NCBI GenBank assembly: GCA_035565335.1
Contig: DATMSO010000026.1
Coordinates: 1 to 24,000, forward strand
Direction of reading: 5' to 3'
DNA length: 24,000 bases
Source of the DNA: Methylovorus sp.
Lineage (GTDB): Bacteria > Pseudomonadota > Gammaproteobacteria > Burkholderiales > Methylophilaceae
Part shown: piece by piece, positions 18,057 through 24,000 of the stretch
How positions within the stretch are numbered: the first letter of the stretch is position 1
Layout of the letters: each line of letters begins with the position of its first letter
The notes under the pieces: generated by a model
Seen by the model: the letters and a program-made list of their open reading frames with translations, nothing else
What the model was told of the DNA's origin: nothing
Database searches by the model: none
Position numbers and translations under genes: made by a program

Positions 18057-18533
18057 ATGCCTGCTTTTATGCTGACGCCTTTTCTGCATACACACAGCCA
18101 ATTGTTATGCGGCAGCTACCAACGCTTGACGGGCCGGGCCCTCATCGACCAAGCTTCGACCCCCTTGCCGACGGGCATGCTGCTGGCCGAGGCGCTGTAT
18201 AACGCCGATGTGGCGGTTGTCTCGCATGACACTTCCGCCGACCCCATCTTCAATTATGCCAATCGGCAGGCGCAAGCGCTGTTTGCCTATGATTGGGCGC
18301 AGTTTGTCAGCTTGCCCTCCCGGCTGTCTGCAGAACCCATGTTGCGCGAGGCGCGCGATGCCTTGCTGCAACGGGTGGCCCGCGATGGCTATGTGGATGA
18401 TTATGCCGGCGTGCGGGTGGCAGGCGATGGTCGTCGCTTCATGATTACCCGAGCCACGGTGTGGAACCTGCTGGATGCCGATGGCACATACCGCGGTCAG
18501 GCCGCCTGCATCCACGACTGGCATGCGATTTAG
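18057..18533 (+). CDS. Stand-alone MEKHLA-domain (PAS-like) protein
   Basis: 158 aa. SYQRLTGRAL...LAEALYNADVAVVSHDTSADPIFNYANRQAQALFAYDWAQFVSLPSRLSAEP..REARDALLQRVARDGYVDDYAGVRVAGDGRRFMITRATVWNLLDADGTYRGQAA matches my recollection of the MEKHLA (PF08670) consensus. Its ATG lies 3 nt after the cyclase stop codon. The assignment is by recall only, not by HMM. Confidence 0.68.
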   Translation: MPAFMLTPFLHTHSQLLCGSYQRLTGRALIDQASTPLPTGMLLAEALYNADVAVVSHDTSADPIFNYANRQAQALFAYDWAQFVSLPSRLSAEPMLREARDALLQRVARDGYVDDYAGVRVAGDGRRFMITRATVWNLLDADGTYRGQAACIHDWHAI

Positions 18534-18688
18534 CATAGTTGGCGGCATCAAGTTTATGGGGGAGGGAGCCGATATTAATACAGTACCAGACCGTAGTTTT
18601 TCCAAGCGTTTGATACGGGTGAAATTTTTGCGGCTGGCGCGTCCATGCAAGGATGCAGCACTAACGATAACGGCAGACCTACTTTAAC

Positions 18689-19849
18689 GTGCTCGATTAT
18701 AAAAAACAGATTATCCGGCCTTTTATCCTGGCTTCCGTGCTGCTCAGCGCAGCGCTGGCTGGCTTGCTATTGGCGGCTATCCATCTGGTGCACATTTCAC
18801 GTCTAGCCGAGCAGACTGATGTATTGCGCATAGAGGCAATCAAGCTGCACAAGGCCATTGTCCAAGTGGAAACCGGCCAGCGCGGTTATCTGCTGACACA
18901 GAACGTGCGTTTTCTGGAGAACTACCGCAAGGGAAAGTCGGACATCAAGCGCATCGGCCAGACGCTGAAGGCGCAGATGATAGCTGTGCCAGATATCCAG
19001 CACCGCTTTGGCGATGTCACCAAGCTGGTGGAAATCAAGCTGCGCGTGACAGAGGCCTCCATCCAGACCGAGATGAATTCCGGTGCCTATGCTCCGCACC
19101 TCAATTCGGCCAAGATCGGGGTCAATATCATGGAGCGCATAGATGCCGAGCTGGAAGATATTGACACCCTGCTGCAGCATCGCAAGGAAGACCTGACCGA
19201 AGATTCACGCCGCGCCCTCAAGCAGACCATGGGGGGTGCAGCGCTCTTGCTGCTGATTGTGATCGGGCTTTTTACCGGCGCCTATTATAAGACGGTGCGC
19301 TTGTTTGAAATCGCCTCCAGCTCTCAGACCACAGCAGAAGAAATGAGCCATGATGCCTATCATGACTCGCTGACCGGTCTGCCTAATCGCCGTTATTTCG
19401 AGAGCTATTTCCGGCGCCAGATTTTCCTGTCCAAACGCAGCGGTCAGCCATTTTCGCTGTTTTATCTGGATCTGGACGGTTTCAAGGAAATCAATGACCG
19501 CCACGGCCATGAGGGCGGCGACCTGGCGCTGAAGTTTGCGACCGAGCGTTTCAAGAATGCCTTGCGCGAGTCTGACTTTATTGCGCGGCTGGGCGGTGAT
19601 GAGTTTGTGGTGCTGGTGCACAACTACCGTTCGGTGAGCGAAATCGGCGGTCTGGGCAATCGTATCATTCGCTATATCAACCAGCCCTTCACCATTGATG
19701 GTCAGCACCAGTTGCTGGGCGTCAGCATTGGCATCAGCTGTTATCCCATGGATGGGCAGGAGGCGGACGAATTGCTGGATGCCGCTGACCGCGCCATGTA
19801 TCAGGCCAAGAAAAACGGCAAAAACCGGCTGGTGTTTGCGCAGGGCTGA
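18689..19849 (+). CDS. Diguanylate cyclase with a periplasmic CHASE3 sensor domain (TM-CHASE3-TM-GGDEF)
   Basis: It has an N-terminal TM (FILASVLLSAALAGLLLAAIHLV) and the CHASE3 signature VETGQRGYLLTQNVRFLENYRKG. A second TM (GGAALLLLIVIGLFTGAYY) is followed by HDSLTGLPNRRY...LDLDGFKEINDRHGHEGGD...RESDFIARLGGDEFVVL...ADRAMYQAKKNGKNR. It has a GTG start with no evident SD. Confidence 0.88.
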   Translation: MLDYKKQIIRPFILASVLLSAALAGLLLAAIHLVHISRLAEQTDVLRIEAIKLHKAIVQVETGQRGYLLTQNVRFLENYRKGKSDIKRIGQTLKAQMIAVPDIQHRFGDVTKLVEIKLRVTEASIQTEMNSGAYAPHLNSAKIGVNIMERIDAELEDIDTLLQHRKEDLTEDSRRALKQTMGGAALLLLIVIGLFTGAYYKTVRLFEIASSSQTTAEEMSHDAYHDSLTGLPNRRYFESYFRRQIFLSKRSGQPFSLFYLDLDGFKEINDRHGHEGGDLALKFATERFKNALRESDFIARLGGDEFVVLVHNYRSVSEIGGLGNRIIRYINQPFTIDGQHQLLGVSIGISCYPMDGQEADELLDAADRAMYQAKKNGKNRLVFAQG

Positions 19850-19870
19850 GAGGGCGTTCTTTCCGGCGCT

Positions 19871-19907
19871 TGAACCTCCGGAGCTAATGTTCCAGAGCTG
19901 AGGTTCA
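19871..19907. terminator. Weak hairpin in the 76-bp convergent gap between the CHASE3-GGDEF gene and ylqF
   Basis: TGAACCTC (19871-19878) pairs with GAGGTTCA (19900-19907) around a 21-nt loop. No U-tract follows on either strand, so termination function is doubtful. Confidence 0.25.
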
Positions 19908-19925
19908 GGATATAAAGTGCAGGAC

Positions 19926-20882
19926 CTAATGTTCGGGCTGGTCGTTTTCGGATAAGCCGTTTTGTGCGGCATGTCGCGCTTTTGCTTCCTCTGCGGCGTC
20001 AGCCGCATCTTGTATGGCTTGCTTTGCCGCCTGCATCATCTGCTGGCGGGTATCAGGTGTCTCCAGGCTGATGCGTCCCAGTGCGCCAGAGCGGTAATCC
20101 ACCAGAAAGGCCATGGCGGTTTTTTCCATGTCAAACTCGCCACCCTTGAGGCGGTAAGCGCGGCGCTTGGCGACGGCTTCCAGCACATCCACGGCGTCCA
20201 TGCCGCTGACATCGATCTTGTAACGGGCATTGAGCAGAGCAGGGTAGCGCTCCAGCAACAGACCTGCCAGAAACACCGCGACATCTTCATCAATCACTGC
20301 ATTCCGGCCGATGGCATGGCTGGCGGCCAGCATGTAGCCGTCCGACTCATACTGAATCTTGGGCCACATCATGCCGGGCGTATCGGTAATGCTCATCTGG
20401 TCATTCAGTTCAAAACGCTGCTGGCTTTTGGTCACCGCAGGTTCATCGCCCACTTTGGCAATGCGGCGATTGAGCAGGGCATTCATCAGCGTGGATTTGC
20501 CGACGTTTGGGATGCCCATGATCATCATGCGCAAGGGTTTGAGGTTGGTGCCGCGATGCGGGGCCAGCGCTTTGCACAGGCCGGGAATCTTGCCGGCGTC
20601 ACCCGGTTTTTTACAGGAGAGCGCGACGGCTTTTACCCCGGGCTGCTTGTTGAAATAGTTGAGCCAGGCCTGAGTGACCGCCGGGTCAGCCAGATCTGCC
20701 TTGTTCAGGATCTTGAGATTGGGCCGCTGGCGAAACAGGCGCAGCTCTTCAATCATGGGGTTGTGGCTCGCTTCCGGCACGCGTGCGTCCAGCACCTCGA
20801 TCACGATGTCGATATGCTCCATGGTCTCGGCGGCTTTTTTCTTTGCCGAGGTCATATGTCCGGGAAACCACTGTATTGCCAT
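19926..20882 (-). CDS. ylqF: Ribosome biogenesis GTPase YlqF/RbgA (circularly permuted GTPase)
   Basis: MAIQWFPGHM...IDIVIEVLDARVPEAS is the hallmark YlqF N-terminus. The G-motif order is permuted: NKADL (G4) comes before GIPNVGKST (G1) and DTPG (G3). Confidence 0.9.
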   Translation of the reverse strand: MAIQWFPGHMTSAKKKAAETMEHIDIVIEVLDARVPEASHNPMIEELRLFRQRPNLKILNKADLADPAVTQAWLNYFNKQPGVKAVALSCKKPGDAGKIPGLCKALAPHRGTNLKPLRMMIMGIPNVGKSTLMNALLNRRIAKVGDEPAVTKSQQRFELNDQMSITDTPGMMWPKIQYESDGYMLAASHAIGRNAVIDEDVAVFLAGLLLERYPALLNARYKIDVSGMDAVDVLEAVAKRRAYRLKGGEFDMEKTAMAFLVDYRSGALGRISLETPDTRQQMMQAAKQAIQDAADAAEEAKARHAAQNGLSENDQPEH

Positions 20883-21029
20883 TATCTAAACCACCGATGA
20901 ACATGAGATTGCGCTGGATTGCGGGCAAGCGCTGAATAAGGAAAGTGCTGCAATATCCGTATTTTATCATTGTGCTGGATTTTCCCCGGCTTTTTATCAG
21001 GCGTGACTTTCAGGCCTGTCTTCATGCAG

Positions 21030-21038
21030 TGGTAAAAT
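21030..21038 (+). promoter_or_regulatory. Candidate extended -10 promoter element (TGgTAAAAT) 6 nt upstream of the methyltransferase ATG
   Basis: The sequence reads agTGgTAAAATgccgatATG with no SD, which places the A of the ATG about 7 nt after the -10. A weak -35 (TTCAGG) lies at an 18-nt spacing. It shares the 10-mer TAAAATGCCG with the uup upstream region. Confidence 0.4.
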
Positions 21039-21044
21039 GCCGAT

Positions 21045-21875
21045 ATGACGCTTATCCCCGAAATCCACCCCAACCAATCCATCGCGCTGCTGAAGGAGCT
21101 GCATATCCTGACGCGCGACGGCAAGCTCAACCAGGACACCCGCCGCAAGCTGAAGCAGGTCTATCACCTGTATCAGTTCATTGAGCCTTTGCTGCAGGAG
21201 GCGCTAGCGGAAAACCCATCGCCCATGCTGGTCGACCATGGGGCGGGCAAATCCTACCTGGGCTTCATCCTTTACGATCTTTTCATGAAGCAGCAGGCAG
21301 CAGGGCAGGTGGTCGGGGTGGAGACCCGCGCCGAGCTGGTGGAAAAATCCCGCCAACTGGCAGCGGAGCTGGGTTTTGAGCGCATGCAGTTCCATCATCT
21401 GACGGTGGAAGAGGCCATGCATGACCATGCCCTGCCGCCCAAGGTGGAGATCGTAACGGCCTTGCATGCCTGCAATACCGCCACCGATGACGCTATTCAG
21501 TTCGGCCTGCAGAAGCAGGCACAGTTCATGGTGCTGGTGCCGTGTTGCCAGGCGGAAGTGGCTGAGGTGCTGCGCAAGCGCAAGAATGAATCGTTCGGCA
21601 AAACGCCGCTGTCAGAAATCTGGCGCCACCCGATTCATACGCGGGAATTCGGCAGCCAGATCACCAATGTGCTGCGTTGCCTGCAGCTGGAGGCGCATGG
21701 ATACCAGGTGACGGTGACCGAGCTGGTGGGTTGGGAGCATTCCATGAAAAACGAGCTCATCATCGCTCGCTACAAGAACAATCCGCGCCGCAATGCGCGC
21801 GAGCGCCTGGAGCAGATTCTGCACGAGCTTAATCTGGAAGACTTGCGCAGCCGCTTTTTGCCTGCGCAGGCTTGA
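21045..21875 (+). CDS. Class I SAM-dependent methyltransferase (Methyltransf_32-like), substrate unknown
   Basis: 276 aa with a glycine-rich SAM-binding motif (VDHGAGKSYLGFILYD), an acidic residue after beta-2 (VVGVETR) and ALHACNTATDDAI. A conserved N-terminal helix is K.LHILTRDGK...RRKLKQV. Confidence 0.78.
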   Translation: MTLIPEIHPNQSIALLKELHILTRDGKLNQDTRRKLKQVYHLYQFIEPLLQEALAENPSPMLVDHGAGKSYLGFILYDLFMKQQAAGQVVGVETRAELVEKSRQLAAELGFERMQFHHLTVEEAMHDHALPPKVEIVTALHACNTATDDAIQFGLQKQAQFMVLVPCCQAEVAEVLRKRKNESFGKTPLSEIWRHPIHTREFGSQITNVLRCLQLEAHGYQVTVTELVGWEHSMKNELIIARYKNNPRRNARERLEQILHELNLEDLRSRFLPAQA

Positions 21876-21878
21876 TTC

Positions 21879-22802
21879 TCAGGCGCGATCTTCCTTCAGG
21901 CTGCCGTAGGTGAGGGCAAATTGCCGGGTGACTTCGGCGCCGAAAAAGAAAATCTGCGCCGAGTAGTAAATCCACAGCAAGAGGGCGATCAGCGAGCCCG
22001 CAGCCCCGAAGCTTGATGAGATGCCGCTACGGCTAAGGTAAAAGCCGATGAGGAATTTGCCCAGGCCAAACAGCAGGGCCGTCAGCACCGCGCCCACCAC
22101 GACATCTGACCACGACAACTGCACATCCGGCAGCATTTTATACACCACGGCAAACATCGCCGTAATCACCGCAAACGACAGCAAGGCCGACAGGTATTTG
22201 AAGATGGCCATGTGCTGCAGCAGAAAATCCAGATAGCCGCCCAGGAAATAACTGGCGTAGCGCTCGATCAGCCCTAGCCCGGCGCTCGCTAGTAATGAGC
22301 TCATGAGCAGAGCCGATAGAATCACGATCAGGCCAAACGACGTCAGACGGGTGATCAGCAATTGCTTGAAGGCGTGCTTGTTGCTGGAAACGGTTTTCTC
22401 CACTTCCCAGATTTCATCCAGGCTGGCCTTCAGCTCGGCAAACACCGTGGTGGCGCCGATAAAAATCAGCAGCGACGCCACAATGGAGGCAATAATGCCC
22501 GAAGTGTGATTGCTGGACGCCGCCAGCAGCGAACTGATCACCCGGGCGCCGCTCTGCCCTACCAGCATGGAAAGCTCCGCCACCACATGGCCCTGTGCGG
22601 ATTCTTCGCCCAGGAAATAGCCGGTGATGGCAATGATCAGCACCAGAATAGGGGTCAGCGAAAATATCGTATAAAACGCTAGCGCCGCGCCTTTGCTGGT
22701 GGCTCTATGGGCAAACCAGGCCACGATGGCACTGGTAAACAACTGGCGCATGCAATTCAGGTAGCGCAAGGCGGAGGTGACGGGCTTGAAAGCAGAATGC
22801 AA
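21879..22802 (-). CDS. YihY/BrkB-family inner-membrane protein (often mis-annotated as ribonuclease BN)
   Basis: It has about 6 TM segments, with GAALAFYTIFSLTPILVLIIAI near the N-terminus and LIALLLWIYYSAQIFFFGAEVT near the C-terminus, both family hallmarks. The TTG start at 22802 has a GGGAG SD 5 nt upstream. The first ATG (22751) has none. Confidence 0.84.
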   Translation of the reverse strand: MHSAFKPVTSALRYLNCMRQLFTSAIVAWFAHRATSKGAALAFYTIFSLTPILVLIIAITGYFLGEESAQGHVVAELSMLVGQSGARVISSLLAASSNHTSGIIASIVASLLIFIGATTVFAELKASLDEIWEVEKTVSSNKHAFKQLLITRLTSFGLIVILSALLMSSLLASAGLGLIERYASYFLGGYLDFLLQHMAIFKYLSALLSFAVITAMFAVVYKMLPDVQLSWSDVVVGAVLTALLFGLGKFLIGFYLSRSGISSSFGAAGSLIALLLWIYYSAQIFFFGAEVTRQFALTYGSLKEDRA

Positions 22803-22951
22803 AGAAAACTCCCGGTGTCGGCTGCAGTGAATAAAGTAGCGGTATCATAATTCGATAATGCTACGGCTGGTGAGTTCATTGGCGATGCACCATGCACATC
22901 GCCCCGGCCCTTCATCGCAAGTTCACATCATCATTAAACAAGGGGAGCACT

Positions 22952-23380
22952 ATGTCACGCGTTACGCTGGGATGTCTGATGGTTTTTGTCGTGTTCGCCA
23001 TGCCAATGCAGGCGCAAGCCAAATTCAGCGGAGTCGATTACAGCGGGGTTTATCAATGTACCGGCATGGATGCCCACGAAGGCGCCTACACCGGCACCGT
23101 CACCATGACCCTCAAGCCCGAACACAGCAAAGGCCCGTATGCCAGCTACGATTTCAAGCTTGAAGTCCCCGACTACGGCACCTACCTCGGCCATGCCGCC
23201 GCCAATGGCCGCCACGTTGCCATGCACTTTGGCCTGCAGGACCCCACCACCCACGATTACGGCACCGGCATCGCCGTCATGAAAAAGACCAAAGCCGGCA
23301 AATGGAGCTTCCATAAATTCTATTTCGAGCCCGAATTCAAAGGCGGCAATACCGGGCTTGAAGACTGTGTGATCAAGTAG
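22952..23380 (+). CDS. Small secreted hypothetical protein (142 aa precursor)
   Basis: The ATG at 22952 is preceded by an AAGGGGAG SD. It has a type I signal peptide (MSRVTLGCLMVFVVFAMPMQAQA|KF). The mature part is beta-rich (Tyr/Gly/Thr) with two Cys (YQCTG, EDCVIK). I recognise no family. The 20-aa upstream extension in the ORF track is unlikely. Confidence 0.7.
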   Translation: MSRVTLGCLMVFVVFAMPMQAQAKFSGVDYSGVYQCTGMDAHEGAYTGTVTMTLKPEHSKGPYASYDFKLEVPDYGTYLGHAAANGRHVAMHFGLQDPTTHDYGTGIAVMKKTKAGKWSFHKFYFEPEFKGGNTGLEDCVIK

Positions 23381-23384
23381 GCGC

Positions 23385-23406
23385 AGCAGGCGGAAGCGCC
23401 TGCTTT
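23385..23406 (+). terminator. Candidate rho-independent terminator after the small secreted-protein gene
   Basis: agcaggcg-gaag-cgcctgct forms an 8-bp GC-rich stem with a tetraloop, starting 5 nt after the stop codon. It is followed by only a short T-run (ttt). Confidence 0.45.
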
Positions 23407-23491
23407 ACCATCACACAGGGTTAATCCACCCGCCGGACAATACTCCTTTTGCTGATAGCCGTTATCCATCCATGCCAGGAGAGCCTTGCTC

Positions 23492-24000
23492 ATGCTGAAA
23501 TATTCCTCCGCGTTCGTTCTGCTTAGCAGCTTGTTCATACACGGACTGGCGCATGCTGCAGTTGAAGTGCGCGACTTCTCACCGCAGGGCGAAGTGCGCA
23601 AAGTCAATCAGGCCACTGCAATTTTCAATGTGGATATGGTGAAAATGGGCGATGCGGAAGCGCCTGCGCCTTTTGACATTGACTGCCCGGTATCCGGCGA
23701 AGGGCGCTGGCAGGATAGTCGCACCTGGGTTTATCGCATGAGCAGTAAGCTGGATGCGGGTGCGCAATGCCAATTCACCCCCCGGCGCGATCTCAAATCG
23801 CTCGACGGCGAGGCCTACGTCGGGACGACCCCGTTCCGCTTTTCCATGGCCGGGCCATGGCTAAAGCATGTACTTCCGTTTACTTACAATCCGATAGAAG
23901 AAGATCAGGTATTCATTGTCGAGACAGCCTTTGCTATCAAGCCGCAAAGCGTTGAGCAACATGCCTGGTGTGCGCCGGAAGGCGTGAGCGAGCGTATACC
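23492..24000 (+). CDS. Alpha-2-macroglobulin-family protein, N-terminal fragment; the 3' end lies outside the window
   Basis: This frame is open from ATG 23492 (SD caGGAGag 8 nt upstream) to the window end, and is absent from the ORF track because it has no stop. The translation is MLKYSSAFVLLSSLFIHGLAHA|AVEVRDFSPQGEVRKVNQATAIFNVDMVKMGDAEAPAPFDIDCPVSGEGRWQDSRTWVYRMSSKLDAGAQCQF...FSMAGPW...IEEDQVF. The pattern FSPQG.V....Q....F...MV..GD...P....C...G.GRW.D.R.WVY......L.AG..C.F is the N-terminus I associate with large bacterial alpha-2-macroglobulins (YfaS-like). Confidence 0.72.
   Translation, partial: MLKYSSAFVLLSSLFIHGLAHAAVEVRDFSPQGEVRKVNQATAIFNVDMVKMGDAEAPAPFDIDCPVSGEGRWQDSRTWVYRMSSKLDAGAQCQFTPRRDLKSLDGEAYVGTTPFRFSMAGPWLKHVLPFTYNPIEEDQVFIVETAFAIKPQSVEQHAWCAPEGVSERI

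Noticed and set aside
18105-18650. 181-aa minus-strand ORF covering the whole MEKHLA gene in antisense
   Set aside because: Its composition (R/G/H/Q/I repeats) looks non-coding, and it has no SD or motifs. The plus-strand frame carries the recognisable conserved blocks.
18556-18687. 44-codon upstream ORF (MGEGADINTVPDRSF...) ending 1 nt before the GTG start of the CHASE3-GGDEF gene
   Set aside because: It is tempting as a coupling uORF because the GTG start lacks an SD. However, the uORF itself has no SD and no recognisable features, and I cannot assess its conservation. The evidence is insufficient.
19884-19934. 9-bp direct repeat CTAATGTTC (19884-19892 and 19926-19934), with the second copy overlapping the ylqF stop codon
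   Set aside because: It is short, with a chance expectation of the order of 0.01-0.1 across the intergenic sequence of the window, and no associated structure or function is apparent.
19205-20008. 267-aa minus-strand ORF antisense to the CHASE3-GGDEF gene, and the 312-aa plus-strand ORF 19962..20900 antisense to ylqF
   Set aside because: Both lie opposite genes with clear family signatures and have junk-like translations. They are treated as shadow ORFs.
1-24000. Search by eye for CRISPR arrays, tRNA/rRNA genes, IS elements or transposases, integrases, prophage genes, toxin-antitoxin pairs and known defence-system signatures
   Set aside because: None found. There are no regularly spaced repeats and no cloverleaf-like or rRNA-like segments. 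Every ORF over 140 aa on the supported strand is accounted for by an ordinary chromosomal gene family.

Overview
This window looks like ordinary proteobacterial chromosome (about 55-65% GC by eye; gene content suggests a beta- or gammaproteobacterium). It is densely packed with recognisable housekeeping, transport and signalling genes. I could not run BLAST or HMM searches, so all calls rest on motifs I recognise in the ORF translations and on reading the junctions by eye.

Gene order:
- 3' end of a TonB-dependent receptor (+), followed by a bidirectional terminator
- a long minus-strand block: uup (ABC-F ATPase), an AsmA-family protein, and a complete kdp potassium-uptake locus (kdpF-A-B-C, an 82-bp gap, then kdpD-E) with a recognisable KdpE-type direct-repeat operator upstream of kdpF
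- a YdhP-like MFS transporter (-) and the rep helicase (-)
- a plus-strand c-di-GMP cluster: a 7TM-GGEEF cyclase, a stand-alone MEKHLA/PAS-like protein starting 3 nt after the cyclase stop, and a CHASE3-GGDEF cyclase
- the ylqF/rbgA GTPase (-), a SAM-dependent methyltransferase (+), and a YihY/BrkB-family membrane protein (-)
- a small secreted orphan protein (+) and the 5' end of a large alpha-2-macroglobulin-family gene (+) that runs off the window

I found no rRNA, tRNA, CRISPR array, transposase, integrase, phage gene or recognisable defence/toxin module. I do not see convincing evidence for a novel multi-gene system.

The observations most worth a second look are modest:
1. The 7TM-GGEEF/MEKHLA gene pair.
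2. An identical TGnTAAAATGCCG extended -10 motif sitting 5-6 nt upstream of two SD-less start codons (uup and the methyltransferase), suggesting leaderless mRNAs.
3. A possible internal leaderless promoter for kdpDE.
4. The kdpF small ORF and the KdpE operator.

The long ORFs antisense to the GC-rich genes are treated as shadow ORFs.
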